From Patescibacteria group bacterium (GTDB taxonomy: Bacteria; Patescibacteriota; Patescibacteriia; Patescibacteriales; UBA12075), in NCBI GenBank assembly GCA_022705905.1, contig JAKJDO010000001.1, positions 28,692-92,691 of the forward strand: DNA of 64,000 nucleotides. Reading direction: 5' to 3'. Positions 9,274 through 19,952 of the stretch are shown one piece after another (within the stretch, counting starts at the first letter, position 1; each line of letters opens with the position of its first letter). Under the pieces are notes generated by a model that saw only the letters and a list, made by a program, of their open reading frames with translations, did no database searches and was not told the origin of the DNA. The position numbers and the translations under genes are program-made.

Positions 9274-10020
9274 ATGAAAGTCGATTTCTGCCTGCCGATT
9301 TATAATGAAGAAAAAATTTTAGAAAAAAATGTTTTAAAATTACTTAACTATTGCTCGGCGCAACAATTTAATTTTGATTGGAAAATTACTATCGTATCTA
9401 ACGGCTCTTCAGACAGCTCTTCAACTATTGGCGAAAAATTAAAAGCGGAAAATTCTGATAAAATTAATTTTATCAATATAAAAACCCCCGGCAGGGGTCA
9501 GGCCCTTAAAACGTATTGGCTAAAAAGTCCGGCTGATATAGTTGTTTACATGGATATTGATTTGGCCGTATCCTTGGACGAAATTCCGAGGCTAATCCAG
9601 CCTATTATTAATAAAACTTTTGATTTGCTTGTCGGCTCGCGCTTAATGCCGGAGTCAAAAATTAAAAGATCTTTTATTAGGGAGCTTAGCTCGCAAAGTT
9701 ACAATTTTTTATCCCGCGTTATTTTAAAACACAATTTTTCCGATATGCAATGCGGTTTTAAAGCTGTCAAAGCTGAAGTTTTTAAAAAAATCGCGCCGTA
9801 TATAAAAGACACTAAGTGGTTTTTTGATACCGAACTAATAATTTTTACAAAAATATTCGGTTATAAAATCAAAGAAATTCCGGTAAACTGGTCGGAAAAC
9901 AGATATGATGAGAGGGAAAGCAAGGTAAATATGTTCAAAGACAGTTTTAAATTCTTATATAATTTAATCGCGCTAAAAATAAGGCTGGCGAATATCAAAA
10001 AGAAAAATCTTGCCAATTAG
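9274..10020 (+). CDS. Second GT2-family glycosyltransferase.
   Basis: DFCLPIYNEEKIL...YMDIDLAV (DxD-type) motifs. The gene is adjacent to and in the same orientation as the first GT2. Confidence 0.65.
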   Translation: MKVDFCLPIYNEEKILEKNVLKLLNYCSAQQFNFDWKITIVSNGSSDSSSTIGEKLKAENSDKINFINIKTPGRGQALKTYWLKSPADIVVYMDIDLAVSLDEIPRLIQPIINKTFDLLVGSRLMPESKIKRSFIRELSSQSYNFLSRVILKHNFSDMQCGFKAVKAEVFKKIAPYIKDTKWFFDTELIIFTKIFGYKIKEIPVNWSENRYDERESKVNMFKDSFKFLYNLIALKIRLANIKKKNLAN

Positions 10021-10669
10021 TGGCGCTTAAATTTTTAACATCCACTGCCGCGGCAATGTTATATGGGCCGACACTTATTCTTTTTAATTTTTCTAAATAC
10101 GAGCCACAATTCAACCGCTCCCCAATATCATTAGCCAAGGCTCTAATATAGGTCCCGGTAGAACATGCTATTTTTATTTCTAAAATCGGCCAATCATATT
10201 TTAGGAGTTCAATATCATAGATGTTAATTCGCGACAACTTTCTTTCTACCACCTTGCCCTTCCTGGCTAATTCATAAAGTTTTTTACCATTCACTTTTTT
10301 AGCGCTAAACATCGGCGGCAGCTGATCTTGCTCGCCAACAAATTGCTGTAGAACATTTTTTACTTCATCAACACCAATTTTTTTAATGGTTTGCGGCCAG
10401 CTTGACATTCTTCCGGTACAATCAAATGTATCAGATGTAAAACCTAGACGTAATGTTGCTATATATTCTTTATCAAGCTTAGCAAATTTACCCATCTCTT
10501 TCGTAGCCTCACGTCCTATTGCCACAATCAAAACTCCTTCAGCAAAGGGATCCAACGTGCCAGCATGCCCAATTTTTTTAATGCCAGTTATTCGTCTTAA
10601 CTGATTAACTATATCGTGAGAAGTGGGCCCAACTGTTTTATTTATCACAATAAATCCTTGACTCGCCAT
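9995..10669 (-). CDS. truB: tRNA pseudouridine(55) synthase TruB.
   Basis: HAGTLDPFAEGVLIVAIG catalytic motif. Confidence 0.85.
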   Translation of the reverse strand: MASQGFIVINKTVGPTSHDIVNQLRRITGIKKIGHAGTLDPFAEGVLIVAIGREATKEMGKFAKLDKEYIATLRLGFTSDTFDCTGRMSSWPQTIKKIGVDEVKNVLQQFVGEQDQLPPMFSAKKVNGKKLYELARKGKVVERKLSRINIYDIELLKYDWPILEIKIACSTGTYIRALANDIGERLNCGSYLEKLKRISVGPYNIAAAVDVKNLSATNWQDFSF

Positions 10670-10857
10670 ATATAATTTGATTTTAAATTTTAAAACAATG
10701 ACTTAATTTATTAAAAATTATTTAAAAATTAGAAAATTAGAAATTATAAAATTTTCTACTCTAGCAAAATTCGTCACAAAAACGACCCAATACAGCCTCC
10801 AAGATTTCTCTAAATATTGACTTATTATAGATATTATTGTAAAGTTAAATAAAAATC

Positions 10858-10880
10858 AAGACAGTTAAGCTGTCTTTTTG
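10858..10880 (+). terminator. Hairpin aagacag-ttaag-ctgtctt followed by a T-run, 13 nt upstream of the infB ATG.
   Basis: Inverted repeat plus T-run, read directly. Confidence 0.4.
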
Positions 10881-10892
10881 TTAATAAAAGCC

Positions 10893-12866
10893 ATGAACAT
10901 CACGGAATTAGCCAGAATTTTAAAAATCACTCCGCAAGAGTTGCACGATTATCTGCCGCAACTAGGGTTTGATATTGGACAAAAGGCTATAAAAATTAAC
11001 GGTAGCGTAGCTAATAAAATAATTAGAGACTGGCCGCGATTAAAGCAGGAGATTCAACAAAAAAAATCGGCTGAAGCTGAAAAAGACAAGGCACAAACGA
11101 AAGACAACGTAGAGACAACAAAAAAAATTATTACAATTGCTAATTACATAAACGTCAGGGATTTGGCCGCTTCATCCGGCCTATCAGTCAACTCCATTTT
11201 ATCCGTACTGATGAAAAATGGAATCTTTATTTCTTTAAATGAAAAGATAGATTATGACACGGCTTGGCTAGTCGGTTCGGAACTAGGCGTAGAGGTTAAA
11301 CAGCAGCAAGCAGACGAGATGGAAGAAAAGAAGGAGACCAATAAATTAAAAGATATACTCTCCGCTGAAGACAAAGATAAGATGCAATCACGACCACCTG
11401 TTATTGTCGTTATGGGACACGTTGATCACGGCAAAACAAAGCTGTTAGATACTATTCGTGCCGCTCATGTTATTGATGGTGAAGCTGGCGGCATCACTCA
11501 ACACATCGGCGCCTACCAAGCTAAAAAGAAAGACCAAGTTATTACTTTTATTGACACTCCGGGACACGAAGCTTTTACTGCCATGCGCAGTCGCGGTGCC
11601 AAGATTGCTGACATTGCTATCTTGGTAGTGGCCGCGGACGACGGAGTAAAACCGCAAACCGTTGAAGCTTTTCGCATTATTGAAGCCGCGCAAATTCCAT
11701 TTATCGTCGCTATTAACAAAATCGATAAACCGGAAGCTAATATAGAAAAAACTAAGCAAGAACTTTCAAATCAGCTAAAAATTATGCCAGAAGATTGGGG
11801 CGGAAAGACTATCTGCGCTCCGATTTCGGCTAAAGATGGTACTGGCATCGACGATCTCCTTGATATGGTTCTTTTAATTGCCGAGGCGGAAATAGAAAAT
11901 ATTAAAGCTAACCCAAGCGCTTCAGCTGTGGGCACAATAATTGAGTCGCATATTGATAAAGGTTCCGGTCCAGTGGCTACTATTTTAGTCCAAAACGGCA
12001 CTTTAAAGATTGGCGATCAGTTAATGTTTAATAATATCAATATCGGTCGTGTCCGTAATCTAAAAGATTATCGCGGCAGCAATATCAATGACGCCAAACC
12101 AGCAACACCGGTACAAATTATCGGACTTAAAGCCATGCCGGAAGTTGGCGATGTCATTGAGGTCGGTGAGGGAGAAAAAATTAAATTTAAGAATGTTAAA
12201 AATTCTGCTGCGGCAGGCATAACAAATCAATCCGCCAGCGTTTCCGACGGCGACGAGAATGTCAAAAAAATTAACGTTATTATCAAGAGCGATGTTTTGG
12301 GCTCAGCTGAAGCGATTGAAGAGTCTTTAATGAAATTAAATTCTAAAGAAGTAAAAGTTAAAATAATCCATAAAGGCTTAGGTAACATCTCTGACGGCGA
12401 TATAAAACGAGCTGAAGCTGCTAAAAGCTCAATTTTAGGCTTTAATGTAAAAGTGGCGCCGAATATCCAGGAGCTAATTCGCGAAAAAAATATTGAGGTT
12501 AAAATTTACAATATTATTTACGATTTAATTAACGACATTAAAGAGCAAATTAAAAAAATGACTAGCCCTGTTTACAAAAGGGTTGACTTGGGAGAATTAA
12601 AAGTTTTGGCGGTTTTCCGTACTGAAAAAAATAATCAAATCATTGGCGGCAAGGTCATAAATGGAAAAGTAGAGAATAATGCTTCCGCTGAAATATTACA
12701 AAACAAGGCAGTCGTAGCTGCAGGCAAAATCGTGCGCCTCCAGTCAGGCAAACAAGACGTAAGCGTAGCTGACGAAAACCAAGAATGCGGTCTACAATAC
12801 GAAGGTGACCCGATCATTAAAGCTGGGGATATTCTTAAGGTTTATAAAGAGGTGGAAATAAAATAA
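10893..12866 (+). CDS. infB: Translation initiation factor IF-2.
   Basis: GTPase motifs [17 protein letters not shown] and DTPGHEAF. The ATG at 10893 is preferred over the TTG used in the ORF track. Confidence 0.9.
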   Translation: MNITELARILKITPQELHDYLPQLGFDIGQKAIKINGSVANKIIRDWPRLKQEIQQKKSAEAEKDKAQTKDNVETTKKIITIANYINVRDLAASSGLSVNSILSVLMKNGIFISLNEKIDYDTAWLVGSELGVEVKQQQADEMEEKKETNKLKDILSAEDKDKMQSRPPVIVVMGHVDHGKTKLLDTIRAAHVIDGEAGGITQHIGAYQAKKKDQVITFIDTPGHEAFTAMRSRGAKIADIAILVVAADDGVKPQTVEAFRIIEAAQIPFIVAINKIDKPEANIEKTKQELSNQLKIMPEDWGGKTICAPISAKDGTGIDDLLDMVLLIAEAEIENIKANPSASAVGTIIESHIDKGSGPVATILVQNGTLKIGDQLMFNNINIGRVRNLKDYRGSNINDAKPATPVQIIGLKAMPEVGDVIEVGEGEKIKFKNVKNSAAAGITNQSASVSDGDENVKKINVIIKSDVLGSAEAIEESLMKLNSKEVKVKIIHKGLGNISDGDIKRAEAAKSSILGFNVKVAPNIQELIREKNIEVKIYNIIYDLINDIKEQIKKMTSPVYKRVDLGELKVLAVFRTEKNNQIIGGKVINGKVENNASAEILQNKAVVAAGKIVRLQSGKQDVSVADENQECGLQYEGDPIIKAGDILKVYKEVEIK

Positions 12867-12908
12867 TTAATTTTGATTTTTGATTTTTAAATTTTGAACT
12901 TTTAATAT

Positions 12909-13262
12909 ATGTCTCATCGCTTAGAACAAATAAATGAACTATTGCGCTCCGAATTATCTAACTTGCTAGCTAGAGAAGTGCCGCTAGAGAATGGGATGGT
13001 TACTATTACCTATGTTAAGTGCGGTGCTGATTTAAAAAATGCCACTATCGGTATCTCCGTCCTGCCGGAAGGACTGGCCGGCACGGCCCTAGAACAATTA
13101 AAAAAAATAAGCGGGCAATTGGCTCGAGAACTAAACAAGAAGATCAAAATAAAATTCATCCCCAGATTTTATTGGGAAATAGACAGCTTGGAAAGAAACG
13201 CCATAGAAATTGATAGAGCCGTCAGAGAGGCTAGGCGCAACGATGAACAATATGATAGGTGA
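12909..13262 (+). CDS. rbfA: Ribosome-binding factor A.
   Basis: 117 aa. The motif RSELSNLLAREV and the position directly after infB both fit RbfA. Confidence 0.8.
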   Translation: MSHRLEQINELLRSELSNLLAREVPLENGMVTITYVKCGADLKNATIGISVLPEGLAGTALEQLKKISGQLARELNKKIKIKFIPRFYWEIDSLERNAIEIDRAVREARRNDEQYDR

Positions 13263-14220
13263 GGCTAAATTTAAACAAACTTACCAAAAAATTTTAGATG
13301 CTAAAAATACTCTATTAACAATCCATGGACGTCCTGACGGCGATGCCATTTCTTCGCTTTGCATTCTAATTGAACTCTTAGAAAATAAACAAAAAATTTT
13401 TTTAGCTTATTCGCAAGACGTTATTCCTCGTTCTTATTTTTATTTACCTCATACCGAAAAAATCACTAACGATAAAGGGCAAATAAATTTTGATGACTTT
13501 GATTTAATTGTCGCCCTTGACTGCGGTTCTTTGGCTAGAACCGGATTAGTAAAAGAAATAAGCAGTCACCGCACCGATCAATTTATTATTGAATTCGACC
13601 ACCATCCGCTAATTGACGACTACGCCGACATCTCTAACCGCTATCCGGAACTAGCTTCAACCACGGAAGTGCTTTATCATTTTTTAAAAACTAATGAAAT
13701 TGCTATTAATAAAAACTATGCAAATTGTATTTTAACCGGTCTACTTACCGATACCGGTAATTTTCTCTTTCCGGTCACTTCTGACCGCGCTATTAGCATC
13801 GCTTCGGAAATGCTACTTTACGGCGCTAAATTCCCACAAATAATAGAAAGCACCCAGCGCAATAAAAGTCTTGGCGCCATGCGTCTCTGGGGCCATACTT
13901 TAAGCAACTTAATTGTCAATAAAAAATACAATATCGCGATAACCGTTGTCACCAAAGACGATATAGAAAAGAATAATGTTAGTGATGAAGAATTGGAGAG
14001 TCTTTCTAACTTCATTAGCAACTTGCATGACGTCAAAGCTATTTTGGTTTTACAGGAATTGTCAGACAACGAAATTAAAGGCAGTCTGCGCGCCACTCAA
14101 TCGAATCTAGATGTGTCAAAACTAGCCAGAATTTTAGGTGGCGGTGGTCATGTTAAGGCAGCCGGATTTAAAATAAACGGACAATTAACAAGAAGAGACG
14201 ACAAGTGGAAAATAATATAA
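13243..14220 (+). CDS. nrnA: DHH-family phosphoesterase (NrnA-like bifunctional oligoribonuclease/pAp phosphatase).
   Basis: DHH motifs HGRPDGDAISS and EFDHHP, and a GGGH motif near the C-terminus. The start was moved to an internal Met to avoid the overlap with rbfA. Confidence 0.7.
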   Translation: MNNMIGEAKFKQTYQKILDAKNTLLTIHGRPDGDAISSLCILIELLENKQKIFLAYSQDVIPRSYFYLPHTEKITNDKGQINFDDFDLIVALDCGSLARTGLVKEISSHRTDQFIIEFDHHPLIDDYADISNRYPELASTTEVLYHFLKTNEIAINKNYANCILTGLLTDTGNFLFPVTSDRAISIASEMLLYGAKFPQIIESTQRNKSLGAMRLWGHTLSNLIVNKKYNIAITVVTKDDIEKNNVSDEELESLSNFISNLHDVKAILVLQELSDNEIKGSLRATQSNLDVSKLARILGGGGHVKAAGFKINGQLTRRDDKWKII

Positions 14221-14346
14221 CTAAAAAACAATTTTTAATGATTGATCTCAAATTTTGAATGAATTTTTAATTTTTGAATGTTTAAAAATTAAATCATTAA
14301 ATTATTCATTAAAAATTTAAAATTAGAAATTAAAAATTATTTTGAA

Positions 14347-14375
14347 TTGACAACGTCTCAAAAAATATCTAAAAT
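14347..14375 (+). promoter_or_regulatory. Sigma-70-type promoter candidate for clpP: TTGACA-17-TAAAAT.
   Basis: Consensus hexamers with 17-nt spacing, about 35 nt upstream of the clpP ATG. Confidence 0.4.
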
Positions 14376-14410
14376 TATCAAATAACAAACTAATTATAAA
14401 ACCCAAATAT

Positions 14411-14989
14411 ATGCCTTTAATACCTACGGTCATTGAAAAATCGGGCCAAGTAGAACGGGCCTATGACATATACTCTCGCCTTCTGAAAGATCGCATTATC
14501 TTTTTAGGTGAGCCGATTGATGACCATGTTGCCAATATTGTCATCGCTCAATTTTTATTTTTAGATGCGGAGAACAAGAACAAAGATATAAAATTCTATA
14601 TCAATACGCCGGGCGGATCGGTTTCTGCTGGCATGGCTATCTACGATACGATGCAATATGTCAAAAGCGATGTTTGTACAATTTGCGTCGGCATGGCCGC
14701 CTCAATGGGTGCAGTGCTTTTAGCCGCTGGTGCGCCAGGTAAACGTTTTGCCCTACCCAATAGCGAAATCTTAATTCATCAAGTTATGGGTGGAGCTGAG
14801 GGCCAGGCCACTGACGTTAAAATACGAGCTGAACATATCTTAAAAATCAAAGATAAATTAAATAAAATACTAGCCAAACATACAGGACAAAAAATTACAG
14901 ATATTGAAAAAGACACTGATCGCGACCGTTTTATGTCCCCGGAAGAAGCTAAAAAATATGGAATTATTGATAAAATAATTGTTAAATAA
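14411..14989 (+). CDS. clpP: ATP-dependent Clp protease proteolytic subunit.
   Basis: [20 protein letters not shown] with a Ser-His-Asp triad context. Confidence 0.9.
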   Translation: MPLIPTVIEKSGQVERAYDIYSRLLKDRIIFLGEPIDDHVANIVIAQFLFLDAENKNKDIKFYINTPGGSVSAGMAIYDTMQYVKSDVCTICVGMAASMGAVLLAAGAPGKRFALPNSEILIHQVMGGAEGQATDVKIRAEHILKIKDKLNKILAKHTGQKITDIEKDTDRDRFMSPEEAKKYGIIDKIIVK

Positions 14990-15006
14990 AAAAATAATTA
15001 AATTAC

Positions 15007-15030
15007 AAAACGGCCGTTCTTGGCCGTTTT
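15007..15030 (+). terminator. Rho-independent terminator after clpP: AAAACGGCC-gttctt-GGCCGTTTT.
   Basis: Perfect 9-bp stem plus T-run. Confidence 0.6.
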
Positions 15031-15329
15031 ATAATACTTGCCAAAACCATCAAACCGTGTTAGGATTATTTTTGTAATCCGCAAGGATGAAAAAAATAAT
15101 TAATAATTATTCTGTCGTTAGGAAAAAACTGTTGGCATAGCATAAATTTACTTTAATCTTAGGGAAAACTGTGAAACTTAATTATAACTTTTTGCAGACA
15201 ACCAAATACCTCAATCGATTTATTAAAATTGATTCTAGCCCAGCCAAAATTTAATTTGGCGATTTAAGATTATTGAAAATTTACTGGTAAGCAAAGCTTA
15301 AACCTCCTAACGATAGAGCCAGAATATTT

Positions 15330-16847
15330 ATGGAATTCATTATTTATGGAATTCTTCTGGTCATAGGTGGTTTTTTTGTTGGCTACTGGCTGCGCAAATT
15401 AAGAATGTCGCGTAAAATCATTTCAGCCGAACAAAAGGCGGAAAAGATTTTAGCAGATGTCAAAAATAAGCAGAACGAAATCATTTTGAGCGCCCAGGAA
15501 AAAGCGTTAAAAATTATTGAAGAAGCTAAAGACGAGGAAAAGAAAAGACGCCAAGAACTTAATAGCCTCCAATCCAGATTAGAAAAAAGAGAAACAACTT
15601 TCTCGCAAAAAATTCTAGAATTGCAGGACAAGCAACAATCTCTTTATGACAAAATCAACAAAGTAGAAGAGGTAAAAGAAAAAGTCCAAAAAATAAAAGA
15701 AGAGCAACTGGCTAAACTGGAAAAAATTTCAGGGCTGAGCAAAGACGAGGCCAAAGAAGTGATGTTCAAAAATTTGGAATCACAGATGAAGGACGATCTT
15801 CTGTCTCGCATTAAAAAATTAGAAGACGAAGCGACTGACAGTTTAGAAGAAAAATCACGAGATATCCTGGCTAGCACTATGCAGCGGCTAGTATCTAATT
15901 ACACGACTGAAATTACGACTACCGTAGTTGACCTGCCTGGCGATGAAATGAAAGGCAGGATTATCGGCCGTGAAGGCAGAAATATAAAAGTTATTGAACA
16001 ACTAACTGGCACGGAAATTATCGTTGATGATACGCCAAATGTCATAACCATTTCCGGCTTCTCGCCTATCCGTCGCCATATCGCTAAAAAAACTTTAGAA
16101 AGGTTAATTCTTGATGGCCGCATTCATCCAACTAAGATTGAAGAAGCTATCGAGGAATCTAAAAAAGAATTAGCTTTGGACATTAAAAAAGCTGGTGAGG
16201 AAGCGATGTATGAAGTTGGCGTTGCCGGCTTCGATCCTAAATTAGTACAAATTATCGGCCGCTTAAAGTACAGAACTAGTTACGGTCAAAATGCTTTAAG
16301 ACACTCGTTAGAGGTTGCTCATCTTTCAGCGCTTCTAGCTGAAGAATTAGGTATGGATGTTACTGTTGCTAAAAAAGCGGGCTTACTACACGATATCGGT
16401 AAAGCCGTTGACCACGAAGTCCAGGGCACACATCCAGAAATCGGTCGTGACATTGCTAAAAAGTTCAATTTACCACAAGAAATAATTGATCCGATTGAGA
16501 CTCATCACGATGACAGACCTCGAGGCTTAATTTCAATTATTGTTAAAGTAGCTGATGCTATTTCGGCTGCCCGACCAGGAGCTCGTCATGACACATACGA
16601 ACGATACTTGCAACGCTTAGAAGAATTGGAAAATATAGCTACTGGTTTTGAAGGTGTTGATAAAACTTATGCCATTCAAGCCGGTCGCGAAGTTCGAGTC
16701 TTTGTTATGCCCGATCAAGTAGATGACTTAGCTGCCCATAACTTAGCTCGCGATATCGCCAAAAAGATTGAACGGGAATTAAAATATCCAGGTGAAATTA
16801 AAGTTAATGTAATTCGTGAAATGCGCGTGACTGAATACGCTAGATAA
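15330..16847 (+). CDS. rny: Ribonuclease Y.
   Basis: N-terminal TM helix, a coiled coil, a KH domain (GRIIGREGRNIK) and an HD domain (LLHDIGK). Confidence 0.85.
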   Translation: MEFIIYGILLVIGGFFVGYWLRKLRMSRKIISAEQKAEKILADVKNKQNEIILSAQEKALKIIEEAKDEEKKRRQELNSLQSRLEKRETTFSQKILELQDKQQSLYDKINKVEEVKEKVQKIKEEQLAKLEKISGLSKDEAKEVMFKNLESQMKDDLLSRIKKLEDEATDSLEEKSRDILASTMQRLVSNYTTEITTTVVDLPGDEMKGRIIGREGRNIKVIEQLTGTEIIVDDTPNVITISGFSPIRRHIAKKTLERLILDGRIHPTKIEEAIEESKKELALDIKKAGEEAMYEVGVAGFDPKLVQIIGRLKYRTSYGQNALRHSLEVAHLSALLAEELGMDVTVAKKAGLLHDIGKAVDHEVQGTHPEIGRDIAKKFNLPQEIIDPIETHHDDRPRGLISIIVKVADAISAARPGARHDTYERYLQRLEELENIATGFEGVDKTYAIQAGREVRVFVMPDQVDDLAAHNLARDIAKKIERELKYPGEIKVNVIREMRVTEYAR

Positions 16848-16868
16848 TACTACATAAATTTCTTATAC

Positions 16869-16908
16869 AAAAAACCATTCTACTTATTCAAAGTTTAGTG
16901 GTTTTTTT
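16869..16908 (+). terminator. Terminator-like hairpin after rny: aaaaacca...tggttttttt, with a large loop.
   Basis: Inverted repeat plus T-run. The loop is unusually large. Confidence 0.35.
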
Positions 16909-17034
16909 GTATAAACAAATTTATAATTTCCAATTTTTAAATTTTAAATAATTTCTAATGCTTAATTTTAAAACATTAAAAATTTTAATCTTGTTTAAAA
17001 ATTAAAAATTACAAAATTAAAAATTTTTACCGCT

Positions 17035-17063
17035 TTGACTTAAATATTTATAATTGCTAAAAT
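17035..17063 (+). promoter_or_regulatory. Promoter candidate TTGACT-17-TAAAAT upstream of ymdB.
   Basis: Hexamer match with 17-nt spacing. Confidence 0.35.
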
Positions 17064-17090
17064 GGAGCTAACATTAAATAAACTCAAAGT

Positions 17091-17888
17091 ATGCTTAAAA
17101 TACTATTTATCGGCGATGTTTTTGGTAAAATGGGCCGGATCACCCTCAAAAGAACTGTCGGCAAGTTGAAAAGTAAATATAAAATTGATTTGGTAGTTGC
17201 AAATGCTGATAATTTGGCGCATGGCAAAGGCGTAACCGAGAGCACTTTAAAAGAAGCTCGAGAAGCGGGTGTTGACTTTTTTACTAACGGCGACCATGCT
17301 TTTGACGCCAATCAAATGGAACTTTATAAAAACCAACCAATTATCAGAGCGGCTAATTTCCCACCAGACACTCCGGGAAAAGGCTGGGCTATGGTCAATA
17401 CGAATGAATATAATATATTAATAATCAATTTGCTGGGCAGAGTTTTTATGAAAATGAATTATGATTGCCCTTTTAGAAAAATAGATGAAATATTAGCTAA
17501 TAATTTCTTGCCAGAAAATAAGCCATCTGCTATAATTATTGATATACACGCTGAAGCTACTTCGGAAAAAGTTGCTTTTAAACATTACGTTGACGGACGT
17601 GTTAGCGCCGTTCTCGGAACTCATACCCACATACCGACTGCCGACGCACAGATTTCTAGAAAAGGAACCGCTTTTGTTTCTGACGTCGGCATGGTGGGCA
17701 GCAACGAAAATTGTATCGGCGTTGATAAGGAATTTATTATCAAGGAATTTTTAACCCAGATTTCTTACCAGAAAAAAATTCCAGAAAAAGGAGAGTCAAT
17801 TTTTTGCAGCGTACTACTAACAATAAATCCTAAGACTGCTAAAACCGAAGCTATAAAACAAATTATTGAAAAAATTAATATAAATTAA
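17091..17888 (+). CDS. ymdB: YmdB-like metallophosphoesterase (2',3'-cyclic-nucleotide phosphodiesterase family).
   Basis: N-terminal ILFIGDVFGKMGR, and the conserved rny-ymdB gene order. Confidence 0.7.
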   Translation: MLKILFIGDVFGKMGRITLKRTVGKLKSKYKIDLVVANADNLAHGKGVTESTLKEAREAGVDFFTNGDHAFDANQMELYKNQPIIRAANFPPDTPGKGWAMVNTNEYNILIINLLGRVFMKMNYDCPFRKIDEILANNFLPENKPSAIIIDIHAEATSEKVAFKHYVDGRVSAVLGTHTHIPTADAQISRKGTAFVSDVGMVGSNENCIGVDKEFIIKEFLTQISYQKKIPEKGESIFCSVLLTINPKTAKTEAIKQIIEKININ

Positions 17889-17901
17889 TAATTACAAACA
17901 T

Positions 17902-18186
17902 ATGAACAAAGCAACTCTTATCGAAAAATTGGCAGCCGCAGCAGCTGTTTCTAAAAGAGACGCAGAAAATATGCTTGACGGCTTAGTAAAAATCATCATC
18001 GACGAACTCAAAGCTGAACGCGAAGTCACCATTACCGGTTTCGGTACATTTTTAGCCAGAAAAAGACATTCGCGCGGTGGCGTCAATCCGCAGAAACCAT
18101 CGGAAAGAATTCAGATTCCAGAAGTTACTGTTGCGAAGTTTAAAACCGGCAAGACCTTAAAAGACGCTTTGAAAGGCAAACTATAA
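17902..18186 (+). CDS. hup: DNA-binding protein HU.
   Basis: MNKATLIEKLA...ITGFGTF...RNPQT-like arm. Length is 94 aa. Confidence 0.85.
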   Translation: MNKATLIEKLAAAAAVSKRDAENMLDGLVKIIIDELKAEREVTITGFGTFLARKRHSRGGVNPQKPSERIQIPEVTVAKFKTGKTLKDALKGKL

Positions 18187-18212
18187 ATTTAACAACAATT
18201 TATCTTATACAC

Positions 18213-18243
18213 AAAAAACTGGATTTTCTAATCCAGTTTTTTG
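18213..18243 (+). terminator. Rho-independent terminator after hup: aactggatt-ttct-aatccagtt followed by tttt.
   Basis: 9-bp stem plus T-run. Confidence 0.6.
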
Positions 18244-18248
18244 TTTTG

Positions 18249-18320
18249 TGCTCCCGGCAGGATTCGAACCCACAATCCTTGGTCCGAAGCCAAGTGTGAT
18301 ATCCATTTCACCACAGGAGC
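18249..18320 (-). tRNA. tRNA-Arg (anticodon TCG).
   Basis: Manual fold. Acceptor GCTCCTG/CGGGAGC, anticodon loop CTTCGGA, T-loop GGTTCGAATCC. Confidence 0.75.
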
Positions 18321-18406
18321 TCTACTTCGCTAAAGCTTCGTAGAGCAAGCCGAAATTAGATAACTTATTCTTTTTGCCTGCCGTCCGGAGCTTTAGTGTA
18401 GAATAG

Positions 18407-18480
18407 TAGCTGGGGAGAGGTTTGAACTCTCGACCTTAGCGTTATGAGTGCTACGCTCTAACCAACTGAGCTACCCAGCC
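18407..18480 (-). tRNA. tRNA with CAT anticodon (Met, or Ile2 if lysidinylated).
   Basis: Manual fold. Acceptor GGCTGGG..CCCAGCT, D-arm GCTCAGTTGGTTAGAGC, anticodon loop CTCATAA. Confidence 0.7.
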
Positions 18481-18601
18481 ATTTTTTATTTATGATTTTT
18501 GAGATAATCAAGATTATTGGGATTTTTAGGATTACTATCATTCAACATTATCCTAAGAATCTCAAAGCTCTCAATAATCCCCACAATCCTAATATTAAAT
18601 A

Positions 18602-18674
18602 GTGCGCCCAGGGGGATTCGAACCCTCGACCGTCTCCTTAAGAGGGAGCTGCTCTACCAGCTGAGCTATGAGCG
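18602..18674 (-). tRNA. tRNA-Lys (anticodon CTT).
   Basis: Manual fold. Acceptor GCGCTCA/TGGGCGC, anticodon loop CTCTTAA, T-loop GGTTCGAATCC. Confidence 0.7.
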
Positions 18675-18736
18675 CATTTATTACAAAAAACTCCCTACGG
18701 AGTTCATTTTGATACTAACATAACTTGATAGAAAAA

Positions 18737-19114
18737 TCAAGCCTGATGTTTGGCGGCTTTTCTGGCGCCTTTTTCGTCTGAACCAAAATGATGGGCGATC
18801 TCATGTTTTACCGTATCAATAATATTCTTTTTACAATCTTCTGTATTGCTACTAGTTTGCATCAATGGTACACGAAAAATCGTAATTTTATCGGGCAAAA
18901 CGACTCCAAAATTAAGACGGCGAGATTGTATCACGCCCTCGTATAAACCTAGCAGGGAATATTTATTATACTTTTTAGTCTTACCCAGCTGCTCGCTCGT
19001 CGGAAAATCAGCGATAACAATAGCAACGTTATGCATCTTTTCTTTGAATTTATTCGGCAAATTATCTAATGCCTCTTCTACTATTTTTTCAAATTGTTCT
19101 TGGGGAATATTCAT
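18737..19114 (-). CDS. Small zincin-like metallopeptidase-family protein (Zincin_1/DUF1025-like).
   Basis: HEIAHHFG motif (HExxH) near the C-terminus. Confidence 0.5.
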   Translation of the reverse strand: MNIPQEQFEKIVEEALDNLPNKFKEKMHNVAIVIADFPTSEQLGKTKKYNKYSLLGLYEGVIQSRRLNFGVVLPDKITIFRVPLMQTSSNTEDCKKNIIDTVKHEIAHHFGSDEKGARKAAKHQA

Positions 19115-19217
19115 ATTAATTTATCATTTCGAGTGAAATTTAATGGAGCGAGAAATCTCTTAAACTACAAAGCCAACTTCAAGCTATTTCTCCCTGCGGT
19201 CGGAATGACAATAAAAA

Positions 19218-19913
19218 CTATTTATGTAGTATCGCATAATAATTATATGAATCGCTGTAAATTTTTTCTACTTTAAATCCTGCCTGCTGACAAACTTTCT
19301 TCAGCTCCCACTTATTAAAAGCGTGGTAATAACGTTTACTGACAATCATGCCCTGCGCGTTTTTCCAGTCGAACAAAATATCGCCCAGCTCCATCTTATT
19401 CTTTTTGATTAATTTAAGCAGAAAGAACTTAATAATTAATTTACGATGTTTTGGTTGAGACCATAAATTCCAAACAGAAACTATGACCTTGCCGTTATCG
19501 CCCACTTTATTTTTCAGCTGCCTAACTGCGTCAATCTGCAACTTTCGACTAGGAACGTGCTGTAATACAGCTATGCAAAAAACATAATCAAAATTTATCT
19601 CCGGAACCTGGCTCAGCTCCAAAATATCACCAACAGTAAATTTTGAGTTGGGATATTTAACTTTTGCCAATTCAATCAATTTCTCACTATTATCAACGCC
19701 TAGATATTTTATTTGTCTATCTTGCAAAGCCTCTAACAAGCGCCCGTTGCCGCAGCCGACGTCCAGTAAACTTTCGCCGTTTTTAACGTTTTTAACCAAT
19801 TCAACCAATTCTGGCCAAAGGTGTTTTTTCCTGGTTTCGTTAAATTGCTCAGCAATTTCTTCGTAATTTTTTTTAACAATATCTAGCAGTTCTTTTTGCG
19901 TTTGTTTGTTCAT
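19218..19913 (-). CDS. Class I SAM-dependent methyltransferase.
   Basis: Motif I LLDVGCGNGRLLE. Confidence 0.7.
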   Translation of the reverse strand: MNKQTQKELLDIVKKNYEEIAEQFNETRKKHLWPELVELVKNVKNGESLLDVGCGNGRLLEALQDRQIKYLGVDNSEKLIELAKVKYPNSKFTVGDILELSQVPEINFDYVFCIAVLQHVPSRKLQIDAVRQLKNKVGDNGKVIVSVWNLWSQPKHRKLIIKFFLLKLIKKNKMELGDILFDWKNAQGMIVSKRYYHAFNKWELKKVCQQAGFKVEKIYSDSYNYYAILHK

Positions 19914-19952
19914 ATTGCCAATATTTTACGACAAATTCAACTATTGTCAATG

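Noticed and set aside
18517-18723. 68-aa plus-strand ORF.
   Set aside because: It lies across tRNA-Lys and the tRNA cluster spacer. It has no RBS and only low-complexity translation, so it is spurious.
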